Below, in pieces: positions 1 through 13,429 of a stretch of DNA of 64,000 nt. This DNA is from Eledone cirrhosa (lineage: Eukaryota). The stretch covers positions 106,144,001-106,208,000 of the forward strand of contig OZ024741.1 in the NCBI GenBank assembly GCA_964016885.1, in the 5' to 3' direction. The notes under the pieces were generated by a model. It worked only from the letters and a program-made list of their open reading frames with translations, searched no databases and was not told where the DNA came from. The stretch's first letter is position 1, and each line of letters starts with the position of its first letter. A program made the translations under genes and the position numbers.

Positions 1-729
1 GTTCGTTTTTAACACCATCATGTACTACAGAATATACTTATAGATTTATACTAACACTATTCATGTTAATCAATTAAATTTAATGAAATACTCTAGGTGG
101 TTGTCTATTGACTGTCTGATTCTAATCAAATATTTTCATCAACAACGGGGTTCCTTTCTCTATGTTCTTTTATCAGTACCTGATTACCATTGACTAAGAA
201 CCTTTTTTTAAAGATATTCAATGAAGGTTGATTATTACAGGCAGTGTTACCTGAAATCTATAAATTTATTCTATAGTACACCATAGTTTCAAAAACTAAC
301 AGTGATAAGATGTCAGTAATTGTTTTGAATTGTCCAGTATATTTTGTAGACAATACATATTTTCCTATTATCATATATACACTTATTAAAGGATTTTGAA
401 GTTTCTTTCCAGCTTTCTGAAACAGATTTGAAAAAATAAATTTTGATGTTATGAGAATTCATCAAATTAAAAAAAGTTTGATGTATCAAAATGTAATTTT
501 TTTTTACCTGTCTGTGTGTTTCTCTTATTTTCATAAAAAATTTCCTTAATTCACTACTAAGGAATCATTTTGGTTTAGTAAATTGTAATATTTCTTTAAA
601 TAAAACCAAATTAGACTAAAATTATTCTAGACCTATTTTTTTGCTTAAGATAAACTTCAAATTACATAAAACTAATCATCTCTTTGTTGGTTAACCCTGT
701 TGTTACCATATTTCTTATAGAAGACTGTC

Positions 730-1075
730 TCATCACCATCATCATTTTATTTTACGTCCTCTGTTTTCCTGCTTGCAAGGGTGGGGCGGGAACTGATTCT
801 GGCTTGATTTCTACAGCTGGATGCCCTTCCTAACACCAACCTCATTTACAGTGAGTGCTGGGTGCTTTTTTGCCGTAGCACCTACACGTCCACTTTACAG
901 TGGAATGATATGGACCCCAATCCCTATCATCTCATTACTACCGCTGAGTAAACTGGAGCAATGTGAAATAAAGTGTCTTGCTCAAGGAAACAACACATCG
1001 CATGGTCTGAGAATTGAACTCACAACCTTTCGATTGCAAGGCCAATGCTCTAATCACTAAGCAATGTGCCTCCAT
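730..1075 (-). mobile_element. tRNA-derived SINE with CORE-like body and RTE-derived 3' tail
   Basis: Minus strand has an A box (TTGCTTAGTGA), a B box (GAGTTCAATTC) and CORE-like TTGAGCAAGACACTTTATTTCACATTGCTCCAGTTTACTCAG. Its tail is shared with the local RTE 3' UTRs and ends in (TGA)n. Three more copies occur in the window. Confidence 0.8.
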
Positions 1076-1358
1076 ATGTCTCTGATTTGTAAATAATTTT
1101 GAAAATAATCAAGAATCTGGAGGGATTTACAATATAACAAACTTATTCATTATTAAACTGGTGTTTAGAATATAACTTAGGAAACGTTCTTGCATAAAAT
1201 TATGATGCAAGGTTTTAGACAAAAATAGACACTTTAAGACAGTTTTGAATCATAGAACCAGTAGCAGCTTCAGATAGAGATCAAAAGGGTTAAAACACTA
1301 ACCAAGAGTCAGCTCCTAAGAAATGTCTCCTATATAAATGTTTAGATAAATATAAATG

Positions 1359-2911
1359 ATGCTCTAGATAGGGAAATCTATAGAGGCATTAAGTTGGTTG
1401 ACCAAGTTATGAAGGTCACTGAAAGAGTCATAACCTAGATGAGATGCAGTTTGAGTTTGTACCAAGTAAAAGTACCACAGATGCCCTCTTCCTTGTAAGA
1501 CAATTGCAGGAGAAATACCTAGCTAAGAATAAACCCACTCTACTTGGCTTTTGTAGACCTGGTGAAAACTTTTGACAGACTCCCATGTTCCATTATCTGA
1601 TGGGCTCTTAGAAAACTAGGTGTAGACGAGTGGCTTGTGAGGGCAGTATAAGCCATATACAAGAGAACAGTGAGCAAGATCAGAACTAACAATGACTATA
1701 GCGAAGAATTTAATGTGCAGGCTGGTGTTCACCAAGGCTCAGTTCTTAGCTGCCTCCTGTTTATCCTCGTCCTACGGGCAATAATGGAGGAGTTTAAGAC
1801 TGGCTGCCCTTGGGAACTTCTGTATACAGATGACATAACCCTTATAGCAGAATCTATAGCTGAATTAGAGATGAAATTCCATACCTGGAAGCACGACCTA
1901 GAATCTAAAGATCTTAAAATCAACTTAGCAAAGTCTGAAGTTCTAGTTAGTAGAAAGTATGACAGGGTGACAGGGCCCAGATCTCCTCAGAAAAATGGTC
2001 TTGTTCAGTGTGCAGAAAAGGAGACACAAGTACATAAGAGATGGAGTGGGATCCCAGGCAGGTTAACAAAGAATGTTGGTTTTACATGCAGTCAGTGCAC
2101 ATGAGCAATAAATAGCAAGAGCTCTCAGGATACAATCACCTTCAAATGCCCAGAGAGCTCTATAGAAGGGGTAGATAGCTTCTGTTACCTGGGTGACCAA
2201 ATCAGCAATGGTGGAGGGTGTTCCAAAGTACAGTAGCTAGAGGCAGATCAGGTTAGAGAAAGTCCAGGGAACTACTACAAAAGGTTTTTCCCTCAAAATG
2301 AAAGGCAGACTGTACGATGTATGTATAAGAAAAACTATGTTGCACAGCAGAGAGACCTGGGCATTGTGTGCTGAGGACCTGCGAAGATTGGAAAGAAACA
2401 AAGCTTCCATGCTTCAATGGATGTGCAATAACAACATACGTGAACTGCAAAGCATAAATGTGAACTACGTGAGAAATTAGGCATAAGAGGGATCTTACGT
2501 CCCCAATTTCCCAAAATATCTTCCCCACCCCTCCCAAGTTTCCAACCTCCTCTATAAAATGATCTCCACTGGAGCTATGACAAAAGAGCCCAGCCCACAC
2601 TATAGTGGTCATGTAGGTGTCATGATAAAAGTGAGTGCCTAGTCCACACTGTAAAGTGGTCGTGTAGGTGTCACGATAAAAAGCACCCAGTCCACGCTGT
2701 AAAGTGGTCATTTAGGCGACACGGTAAAAGCACCCAGCACACACTGTAAATGAGTTGGCATTAGGAAAAGCATCCAGCCATAGAAACCAGGCCAAAATCA
2801 GTTTTGTGTGAGTGAATCACAGTCCCCTGACCTGATCCTTCACAATGAGATAGCCCATCCTACCCATGCTAACGTGGAAAGTGGACATCAAACGATTATG
2901 ATGATGATGAT
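1359..2911 (+). mobile_element. 5'-truncated, degraded RTE-clade LINE
   Basis: RT motifs GVHQGSVLS and WELLYTDD, MKGRLYDVCIR..LHSRETW, then a 3' UTR ending in (TGA)n. Many frameshifts. Confidence 0.85.
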
Positions 2912-3489
2912 CAAAATAAAAAATTTATTGTAATATTTCAGGATGGTCATTTTGCCAATAAAAACACATGCACTATTCAATTTTCACTTCATTTTTATTA
3001 TTAATTAGTTCATCAAAGCTCTTTCATCACACATTCTATGACCTTCTTAAAGACATTTGGTTTTCTTCTCTGTGTCTCCTCTTCTTTTGGTCTTAATCAG
3101 TTTACTCCATTTTGTCTTTGTCGAATCAGGGATAGTTTTATGTAGCTTGGTAAACAAACATTGAACAAAATAACGGCAGGTATTTTACACTCAACTTTTA
3201 GAATAAGGCATAGTATATATATCTTATATATAAGATTATTAAATCTATGATTTTTAATTATCAAGTTGTAAAGACCAATTGAATTATTTATGATTGCTTG
3301 ACACTGGAAATAATTTTATGTTGATTTTTAACTTAACCTAGATCACCTATCCTAGATAGCCTATCCTACAATGATGTGAAATGTTCTGTTACCCGGATAT
3401 GTTAACTGGCTGAATGTAAGGTACCTAGTGGAACATAAAAGAAAGCTATATCGCAAGTGGAAGAGGAGGAGAAGTAGGCGGACGAGAAT

Positions 3490-5560
3490 GCGTTTTTTTA
3501 GTGGGGGGGGGGGTACTATGCAGCATTTAATAGCTGAAGCAAGAACTGTCGAGCTGAACAGTCTTCATTCTGTTTCAATGTCCTCAGTTTACTCAGGGAG
3601 TTTTCTGAATTTGGATGCAATAGTATCTGCAAACCTGTTCCTGACTCTGTTATCTGCCAACGCTTCCCACTTTATGTTGTAGATCGAGCTGCACCTACAA
3701 GTTTTGTGGGCTTTCTTGGCTTTAGGTTGTTTCAGTTAACAGCTCAGCACCTCTCTTAACATGAGAATCAAAGGCCTCAGAGACGATAATAAAATCAATT
3801 ATTGATCTGTCTCTGATTCACCTTATACCATGTGTATTTATGGATGTTTTTGTGCTGAAAGAATGTGTTCATAATAGAGAGCCCATTACGAGAACAAAAG
3901 TTAAATAAAGCCTCTCCATTTATATTTAGATCAGGATCACTGTTCCTTCCAATTATGCATTTCCATGTGGAGTAGTCAGTACCAACATGTGAATTGAAGT
4001 CTCCCATATACTAGCAGAATGGCCCGGCATTGCTCGGGATTTGCTCTAGGGTTCTTATGTATTTGATATATATTTATCCTTATCGAGCCTCGTGAAATAA
4101 ATACGTTTGTTTATATTTTGTTATTGTGTATGCAAAAATATCTGTACACGAATATATAATTATATATATATAAGTATGTATACATATAAGGGTGAGAAAT
4201 GAAATTTCGTTTCATATTTTCCATTTATATATATATATATATATATTAAAATAACAGATTAAAGTTTAAGCAAAGAATCACTGCTTTCACCCTTAACGGG
4301 ATCTTATGAAACTAAAAAAATCAATCTGAGAACGCAGAAGTAAATATTTCGAAATGTTTTTGTGTATTCAAAAATATCTGTCAGTGATGCATGTGATTAT
4401 GTAATCGCCGGCCTTGTTTGTTTATATTTTCTTTTTGGTATGCAAAAATAACTGTACACGAATATCTATATTAAAATAACATATTAAAGTTTAAACAAAG
4501 AATCGCTGCTTTCACCCTTAACAGGATGTTCTGAAACGAAAAACGTTGCAACCGAAGGGAAACAGGAAAATGATACTTTCGTTCGTGAAGACGTTCCCTG
4601 GCATAAGAATATATACATACACACACTATATATATATACATATATATACACACTATATATATATATACATATAGTGTGTATCAAGTATCAAAGTATAAGA
4701 ATATATACATACACACACTATATATATATATATATATATACATATATATAGACACTATATATATATATATATATATACATATATACACACACACACTCAT
4801 CGCGTCATAATGACGTAATGCAGACAGACAGACATACATACAGATATTATAAGGGCGCAATATTCCGAAAAACGTTACAACTGAAGGAAAACAAGAAGAC
4901 GATACTTTGGTTCGTGAAGACGTTCCCTGGCATAAAAATATATATATACACACACTATATAAACATATATACACACACACTGATCGCGTCATAATGACAT
5001 AATGCAGACAGCCAGTCATACAGACAGATATTATAAGAGCATAACGTTTTATTTATGTATCTATCTAAGAAGAAAGACTAAGAATTATAGAGAGAGATCG
5101 ATAAATCACCTAATTTCTCAAAACATTCACAGGACCATAAGTATTACATGTGTAAAGTTTGAAAACAATCGGTTGGGTGGTTCTCGAGTTTTAGTGAGCT
5201 GACAACAGACGGACAGACATTCTTTCTTATTGATATATAAATGATTGTCATAACTAAATTTAAACCTGCAGTGACTTCATCAAGGAAAGATATATATTTT
5301 GGCACTCTCTTTGGTGCATAAATTTGCACCAACCACATAAACCTTTCTTCAGCCTAAGCTTCAAGAGGCAAATCTTCCCTCCCAATGGGATTCAGTCCAT
5401 AATACATTTTTTCAGGTAAGGACTTATGAGTATCCCTTTCTGGCACCACACCTGAATATTGGAGTTTCCATCCTCCATCCAAATCTCTATTACCAGAGCC
5501 ATGGAACTTTGTTGAGGAAACCATGATTATATAATGTTCCAGTTACCAACTCTCAAGTTT
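3490..5560 (-). mobile_element. Old LINE endonuclease fragment (RTE-like), split by a Helitron
   Basis: VQIYAP..FLDEV (5246-5338) continues into MGDFNSHVG..NGEAL.NFC..NTFFQHK..YTW (3795-4007) once 4011-5244 is removed. Outer boundaries are approximate. Confidence 0.7.
4011..5244 (-). mobile_element. Non-autonomous Helitron (Lep1-like)
   Basis: Minus strand reads A|TC at 5244 and CTAG|T at 4011, i.e. an AT target with no TSD. A GC hairpin (CCCGGCATTGCTCGGG, 4023-4038) lies 8 nt from the CTAG. Internal (TA)n/(GACA)n tracts and duplications are present. Confidence 0.8.
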
Positions 5561-5600
5561 TGGTCCCTTCCAGACTCTCTCTGGGGTCTCAGGATATGTA

Positions 5601-7630
5601 TCATCATCATCATCATCGTTTAACGTCCATCTTCCACGCTAGCATCGGTTTGGACGGGAGGTTTCCCACTTGAGGCAAGATTTGTTGTCCTGCTCGTATA
5701 GGACTGTCTGGCGGGTTTTCTGCGGCTGGATGCCCTTCCTAACACCAACCACGTCTACAGTGTGGACTGGGAGGTTTTTACCATGTTACCTACACGGCCA
5801 CATTACAGCGTGGACTGTGTGTTTTTTTGTCGTGACACCTACATGACCTCATTTGTTTCGGACTGGATGTTATGGTACCAACATAACTTCGCATTTAAGG
5901 GGGTGGTGTGGATGGGATGGGGGTAGTGGGGGGGACGGGGGTATTTCGTTAGAGGTGCCTACTGACTGTAGGTTTCGCTTTGTACTTAGGCAAGGCGGGT
6001 CTTCTGTATGACTGTGAAGCGCCAAAGGCGCCAAAGATCTCGGTTCAGTGACATTGTCTTGGAGAGGTGTAAGTGTCTGACGTCGGAATTTATCAAGTCG
6101 TCCCAGGTTTTTCTGGGTCTGCCTACTCCGTGGCTACCGTCTATTTTTATCGCCCTGCACTTTTTTATACAGCTGTTGTCTTTCATGCGTATCACGTGAC
6201 CGTACCAACGTAGTCTTCTCTCGAGTAAACAGCATCTGATCCCTCTTATTCCTAATTTCTCCCTTAGTTCGTTTATGCTTTGCCGTTCACGTACATTACT
6301 ATTACCCATCCAGCGGAGCATGCAAGCTTCGTTTCTCTCCAGTCTGCGTATATCCTCTGCACACTATGCCCAGGTCTCACTGCCATGTAACATTGCTGTT
6401 CGTATGCAGGCATCATACAGCTTGCCTTTCATTTTTAGAGAGAACCCTTTAGCGGCTAATAGTGGTATAAGCTCTCTGAACTTTTTCCAACCAGTTCTGA
6501 CTCTAGCTACTGTACTTTCAGAGCACCCTCCCCCACTGCTGATTTTGTCACCCAGGTAACGGAAGGTGTCCACTATTTCTATAGTACCATCTGTGCAATG
6601 AAATGAGCTAGTATTCTGTGGGCACTTGCTGCTACTTATTGCACCAGAGCACCGGCCACATATAAAATCTATATTCTTAGTTAGCTTACCTGTGATCCGA
6701 CTACATCTTTTATGCACCCATACTTTGCATTTGGGACATAAAATGGAGTTTCTGCCTACTCCTTTCCTACACACTGAGCATGGCCATTTCCCAGATGGGA
6801 CCGGTGCCCTATTTTCCTTCCTACAAACTAGAACTTTAGTCTTAGACAAGTTAACTTTAAGGCCTTTTGATTCTAGGCCATGCTTCCATGTTTGGAATTT
6901 CTTCTCTAGTTCAGCCATTGATTCAGCTATGAGCGTTAGATCATCTGCATATAGGAGTTCCCATGGGCAGCCGGTCTTGAACTCCTCTGTTATAGCCTGA
7001 AGGGCAATAATAAATAGTAGGGGGCTAATAACGGAGCCCTGATGAACACCAACTTTTACGCTAAACTCTTCACTATATTCGTTGTTAATTCTAACCTTGC
7101 TGACTGTTTTTTTATACATGGCTTGTACAACACCTAGTTTTCTAAGCGCTCACCAGATAATGGAGCGGGGGACTCTGTCAAAGGCTTTCTCCAAGTCAAC
7201 AAAAGCTAAGTATAAGGGTTTACTTTTAACTAGGTACTTCTCTTGTAGTTGTCGTACAATGAAAAGAGCATCTGTGGTACTTTTACCTGACACAAACCCG
7301 AACTGCATTTCATCTAGATCAATTCGTTCTCTGATTAGTTGCGCTATTACTTTTTCTGTGACCTTCATGACCTGGTCGATTAATTTAATGCCTCTATAGT
7401 TACCCCTATCAAGAGCATCTCCTTTACCCTTGTAGCAGTTAATGATGATGCTGCTATGCCAGTCCTTCGGAACGGCCCCATTCTGTATGACTTGGTTTAC
7501 TATCCGGGTAACCATAGTGTGTCCCACCATTCTAGATGCTTTCAGCATTTCAGCAACTATTTCCGAAGGCCCGGCCGCCTTATCCGTCTTCATATCTTTG
7601 ATTGCCTTACTTATTATACTACCTTCAACT
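5601..7630 (-). mobile_element. 5'-truncated RTE-clade LINE (RT with PHD insert)
   Basis: ORFs 7150-7698, 6364-7119 and 5986-6321 give NYRGIKL, FVDLEKAFDRV, QGSVISP, YADD, a C4HC3 finger and GRPRKTW. (TGA)n tail at 5601-5617. Confidence 0.95.
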
Positions 7631-8104
7631 CGCACTTTGTGCTTACATCTCACACCTCTTAGGACAGATAGCAGGGCCATTGCCAGATCTTGCAGCATTG
7701 GACAAAGACTACAATGTTATCTCAAAGGACAATGTAGTATGAATGCCTTTATTGTTTCCAACTATTTTTACAATGTTTTGGTGGTCTCATTTGTGCCAGT
7801 CACCAATTTGGTGCTTTTCTCAGACCCACAAAAACAAGGCTTTTTTAAAGACGGCCTTTACTTGCCTTGTCGTAGCTACATTACTGGGTTGTGAGAGTTT
7901 TCTTGGGAGCTAACAGTGTCACCCATTGCTCCATCCCCCCTAGTAGTTTACCGTTATTGGTCTGGGGTTGCTTCTTTATGTAGCTGGAGCTTGTTTATAT
8001 CACCTCTAACCATCATATTTGATAGCCATATTGCTATCTGCGCCTGTGAGCAGAACAGCTCTGCCAAGAACTAATCTTGTTTCAATGATTTTTTTTCTAA
8101 CATT

Positions 8105-8525
8105 GACACAAGACCAGCAATTGGTGTCAGGGAGAAAGTTGATTATATATACCTCAGTACTTAGCTGGTACTTTATTTTATCAATCACAGAAGGATGAAA
8201 GGAAAAGTTGACTTCAGTGGGATCTGAACTCAGAACATAGAAAGTCGAAACTAAATAATGCAAAGCATTTTGTCAGTCACTCTACCTACACTGTTTATCT
8301 ACCAACTTCATTATCTTGTAATAATAATAATAATTGTTTCTACTTTTGGCACAAGACCAGCAATTACCCCAGTGCATTACTGGTACTTTTCTTTTTATTG
8401 ACCCCGTAAGGATGAAAGGCAAAGCTAACCTCGGCGGAATTTGAACTCAGAACATAAAGGGTCATAACTCTATGCTGCAAAGCATAGTGTCCAATGTTCA
8501 ACATATACTGCCAATCTACTGCCCT
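8105..8525 (-). mobile_element. Two tandem tRNA-derived SINEs with Meta-like body
   Basis: B box GAGTTCAAATTCC followed by TTTGCCTTTCATCCTTACGGGGTCAATAAA..AAGTACCAG, with an (ATT)n tail. Confidence 0.75.
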
Positions 8526-8984
8526 TATAATAATAATGATAATGATCTTGTGTTATTTCATTGCATATCAACAGCTGGTATCTGTTTAATACAGAATACA
8601 GAAAAACATGTGTTTAACTTATTTAATTTATTTATGAATAAATTCACAACATCATATATAACAATCTTCTTCTTCAATAAAGACTTGTATGTCATTTATT
8701 CATATTATGATATACATATTCAAAACAGTGAGGCATCCAAAATTAAAATATTGATTTCCAGAGGTTGACCCAGGAGATGGCTCTCACCGTTTTTCCATTG
8801 TTTTTTCGATTGTCTTTGACCTGTACATTCCACTGTAATGAGTTCATATTCTAAATACTTAAATTTTATTCCATTGAAAATCAAGCAATCATTTTTAAAT
8901 ATATGTAAGTAAATTTAATAATTATTAAATATTATGGTTAAATAGAACTATATGTGTATGAAGCTTAAACATTTGAACTTTGAA

Positions 8985-9146
8985 GCGCTGATCCGCTGAT
9001 CCAACTGATCCAACTGGATCCCCAAGAGTGACCAGCCAGGCTCATGGATGTTATCCAACCATCTTGCTCGGGGTCTACTCCTGGGTCTTCTACCTGTTGG
9101 TTTTGCCTGTAAAATCAGTCCAACGATTCTTTCCTGAGACATGCCC
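8985..9146 (-). mobile_element. Old RTE-like LINE C-terminal fragment
   Basis: Translates PTGRRPRSRPRARWLDNI, the RTE GRP..RW.D motif. Confidence 0.55.
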
Positions 9147-9283
9147 ATAAATACAGTTAGTTGCTATAATATAGCTTATAATAATCGAGTAAACACAATT
9201 ATAGACATTATTCATTTGGAACGGTTTTTTTAAAAGTGCAGTTCTGAAGGTAAATTTCTGTGTACAAGTAACTTTATAGAATA

Positions 9284-10077
9284 CTAGCTGACCCTGATAT
9301 ATATTTATCCTTATCGAGCCCCCTTTAGATTTTAGTCTTCACATTTATTATTATTACTAATTCATCATCATCATCATCATCACGTTTAACGTCCGTGTTC
9401 CACGCTTGCACGGGTTTGGACGGGGGTATTTCCCACTTGAGGCAAGAGTGATTGTCTTGCTCGCATAGGACTGTCTGGTGGGTTTTCTACAGCTGGATGC
9501 CCTTCCTAACACAAACCACATTAACAGTGTGAGGCTGGGAGGTTTTTACCGTGTTGCCTACACGGCCACGTTACAGCGTGGACTGTCTGGCGGGTTTTCT
9601 ACGGCTGGATGCCCTTATATATATATATATAATTAATTATTGAGAGGGCGTGCGGTATCTTTGCACTGAATTAATTAAAAGTTGGTTAGAAGTGAAGTCA
9701 ATGCTGACAGGCAGCCAGACAGACAGATATTATAAGCGTGCAACGTTATAGCTATGTATCTAATGCAGACAGCCAGATATACAGAGACATATTATAAGGG
9801 CGCGATGTTATAGATATGTATTTATCTAAAAAGACAGACTAAGAAGAGAGAGGAATGTTGTATAACCGGAAGTGTTGACATTTGAACATTTTAAAGAAGT
9901 GAATATTTAAATAAACGATAAAATATCTTTAATCTTTTAACGAAATTTAGAAGACAAAAATACCCTCACTTTCTTACTTGGAAAAAGTTACATCTATGTT
10001 GCAAATTTGGTGCTGTTTGGTCCAGCCGTTTTGCGAAAAGTTTGTTACATACATACAGCCATCAGCTTTATTATAGA
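9284..10077 (-). mobile_element. Degraded non-autonomous Helitron related to 4011-5244, containing an RTE 3'-tail insertion (9362-9616)
   Basis: ACTAGCTGACCC end. Shares TGATATATATTTATCCTTATCGAGCC and CAGACAGATATTATAAG blocks with the first copy. The other end (GGTCCAGCCGTTTTG..ACATACATAC..TTTATTATAGA) is Lep1-like. The hairpin is lost. Confidence 0.55.
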
Positions 10078-10596
10078 ATATGAAATAAGAAGGGAATGGA
10101 AGATATATAACTGAAAAGAACATGGAAAGACGGACAAATATAGAGATTATGATATGCTAATGAACTAAATATTTTGTATATATTTTATATTCCTTCTTAT
10201 GAACACCAGATGGTAGAAATTTATAGGTATTATCCTAAGGGGTCTTTAAAACGTCAATATTCTCACTGTTGTTTTGCTATACAACTTACTTCCCTGAAAA
10301 ACGTTTTTTTTTTTTGTTGAAGATATTTACACATTTTAAGAATATTTTCTTTAGTAAAACATTCACGCTCTTCTTAATTATACTTTCAGAATTGGTTAAT
10401 TTAGCAGAACTAATCAAATTATTTTATTGCTATAAACCCATCTTTGCTATTATTTTTCTCGTGACCTATTTAAGTAGAGGTGAATGTCCGACAGTGAAAT
10501 TGTTTATGGTTAAGAAGATTATATATTTGTAGGACATTGACTTCATAATTAGGGTGTTTAATTTACAATATTTACATTTACATTATATTTTTAGAT

Positions 10597-10910
10597 AATC
10601 CATCTCTGATAGTCCCCAAATGTCTCATTCCAAGAAATATACAAATTAGAAAGTTTATTTACTATATGCTTACACAATATTTCTATATAATCCATCTCTT
10701 CTAGCACCCAAATGTCTTAATCCTGGATATCTGTGTAATTAGAGAGTTATTTTCATTATATCTACACAATATTTCTATATATTCCATTTCTGCTACTCTC
10801 CAAATTTCATTCTTGGATGTCTTATATAATTAGAAAGTATATTTACAATATTATTTCCATATATTTAATCTCTGCTAGTGTCCAGGTGTTCTCTTCCTAG
10901 ATGTCTATAC
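10597..10910. repeat. Diverged ~85-92 bp tandem repeat, about 4 units
   Basis: TAATCCATCTCT..TAG..CCAAATGTCT recurs at about 10597, 10688, 10780 and 10864. Confidence 0.6.
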
Positions 10911-11264
10911 AATCCCTGTGCCGCCTTGCATACACAAGTATCATACACAGAATATAGAAAAAGGGTGAGCTCCACAAGGTAAAATTATAGTGTCCTATCC
11001 TGAGGAGATATATTCCACATAGTTTAAGATGAAGAAGACAGGAGATAAACTCTAATTTTTAATATTAATCCTTAAATAATTCATTTCTTCACATCACTAT
11101 TTTTAATTAACTTTTTAGTATTCACTTCATTTATCGCCAGTACTTGTCAGAATAATTAAAATAATCATTAACTAATATTGTCATTTCTTCACATTATTTT
11201 TAAATAACTTCTTAACATTCACTTCATCTATCACCAGCATGTCAGAATAATTTAATAATAATAA

Positions 11265-11445
11265 TAATTGGTTTTACTTTAGGCACAAGGCCAGCAATTA
11301 GCCAGTGCATTACTGGTACTTTATTTTATCGACCCCGTAAGGATGAAAGGCAAAGTCAACCTCGGCGGGATTTGAACTCAGATCGTAAAGGGATGTAACT
11401 ATGCTGGAAAGCATGGCGTCCGACCCTCTACCGATACTGCCCACC
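11265..11445 (-). mobile_element. tRNA-derived SINE (Meta-like body)
   Basis: Full head (TGGCAGTATCGG...GAGTTCAAATCCC) plus the CTTTGCCTTTCATCCTTACGGGGTCGATAAAATAAAGTACCAG body. Confidence 0.8.
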
Positions 11446-11480
11446 CTTCTTCACATTACAATTAATTTTAAATAGTTTGA

Positions 11481-11675
11481 TAATGTTAACACTACCTTGT
11501 ACAGAAACTAAATTCCTTATAATGTTAACACTACCTTGTACAGAAACTAAATTCCTAATAATGTTAACACTACCTTGTACAGAAACTAAATTCCTTATAA
11601 TGTTAACACTACCTTGTACAGAAACTAAATTCTTTATAATGTTAACACTACCTTGTACAGAAACTAAATTCCTTC
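11481..11675. repeat. 39-bp minisatellite, 5 near-perfect copies
   Basis: TAATGTTAACACTACCTTGTACAGAAACTAAATTCCTTA starts at 11481, 11520, 11559, 11598 and 11637, with no spacers. Confidence 0.95.
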
Positions 11676-11689
11676 CATTATTTTCACTT

Positions 11690-12020
11690 TGCCATTCTGA
11701 GTTCAAATCCCGCCGAGGTTAACTTTGCCTTTCTTCCTTACGGGGTCAATAAAATAAAGTACCAGTAATGTACTGGGTAATTGCTGGCCTTGTGCCAATA
11801 GTAGAAACAATTATTTTCACTTTCAAAGGGCTTGGATTGGCAGTATCGATAGAGGGTCGGACGCCATGCTTTGACGCATAGAGTTACGGCCCTTGCCATT
11901 CTGAGTTCAAATCCTGCCGAGGTTAACTTTGCCTTTCATCCTTATGGGGTTGATAAAATAAAGTACCAGTAATACACTGGGATAATTGCTGGCCTTGTGC
12001 CAAAAGTACAAACAATTATT
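11690..12020 (+). mobile_element. Two tandem Meta-like SINEs (first 5'-truncated)
   Basis: Same B box and body as the copy at 11265-11445, on the opposite strand. Confidence 0.8.
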
Positions 12021-12939
12021 TTCACTTTCAGTAATCAATTCTTTTGTCAAGAAATTTCTATTTCATTTTAAATAAAGCCTCAAATAGGATTATGCTATGT
12101 ATAAGCTCCCTTGTTATGAGGTCAATGTCCGAAAAATGTATAATCTTCCTAGCAACACAGTTTCTCTGAGCTGGTCATTCACCTGTACTTATAAACTAGG
12201 TCACTGGAAAACTGAAAATAGGGAAAGATGGATGCTTTCTGCAACAAATCATTGATTGAATTATTTATGCATAAATGTTTTCTAGAAAATATGAGAAAAT
12301 ATATATTTAAAAAAAAGATAGATTAATCAATCTTGACAAAAGTTAGAACATTGTTATTTTAAAAGGCCCCTAGGATAATTCCCAGAAATGTCTACCATCT
12401 GTTGTTCATAAGAAACAATCTAAAAATATATATACAAACTTTTGATTCCTTAGCATATTTTTATCTTCCTCCTTCTCTCTCTCTCTCCTTTTCAAATTCA
12501 TATCTTCTATTCTTTGTTATATATTTTTTAAAGTTAGTGTTAACATATTTCATGTGAATATTAAAAAAGTTAATTAAAAATAACATGAAGAAATGACAAT
12601 ATTAGTTAATACTATTTTAATTAATCTGACAAGTACTGGTGATAAATGAAGTGAATATTAAATAGTTAATTAAAAATGATAGTGATGTGAAGAAATGACA
12701 ATATTATTCAAAGATTAATATTATAAACTAGAGTTTATTTCCTGTCTTCATGTTAAACTATGTGGAATAATTCTCCTTGGGGATAGGACACTAGTCTGTT
12801 GTAAATATAATTTAACCTTATGGAGCTCACCCCTTTACAATAATTATATCTACTTGTTGATGAGTTCAAGAATCATTCACTAACAGGTATTTTATTATTG
12901 GATGTGTGGAATAATTCTCCTCGGGGATAGGACACTAGT

Positions 12940-13345
12940 CATCATCATCATCATCATCATCATCATCACTGTTTTACGTCCGTTCTTCCACGCTAGCATG
13001 GATTAAACGGCTTGTCCTGTTGTGGCCAGTGTCCGGTCAGCTGACCTTGTCTTGCTCATACGGGAACTGATTCTGGCTTGATTTCTACAGCTGGATGCCC
13101 TTCCTAACACCAACCTCATTTACAGTGCTGCTGGGTGCTTTTTTGCCGTGGCACCTACACGACCACTTTACATTGTGGGCTGGTTGCTTTTTTTGCCATG
13201 GCACCTCCACGACCACTTTGCAGTGGAATGATAGGGACCCCAGTCCTATCATCTCATTTCTACAGCTGAGTAAACTGGAGCAATGTGAAATAAAGTGTCT
13301 TGCTCAAGGGAACAACACATCACCCGGTCCGAGAATTGAACTCAC
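12940..13345 (-). mobile_element. 5'-truncated CORE-like SINE with RTE tail
   Basis: Homologous to 730-1075, with (CAT)n at 12940-12968 and CACTAGTC on both sides as a candidate TSD. Confidence 0.8.
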
Positions 13346-13429
13346 TAGTCTGTTGTAAATATAATTTAACATTGTGGAGCTCACCCTTTTTCTATATTCT
13401 GTGTATAATACTTGTGTATGCAAGGCAGC

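Noticed and set aside
1005-1075. tRNA gene
   Set aside because: A and B boxes are present, but the sequence continues into a SINE body and tail, so it is a SINE head.
11481-11675. 39-bp direct repeats as a CRISPR array or repeat-protein gene
   Set aside because: The units are contiguous with no spacers, there are no cas genes and the context is eukaryotic. The ORFs exist only because 39 is a multiple of 3.
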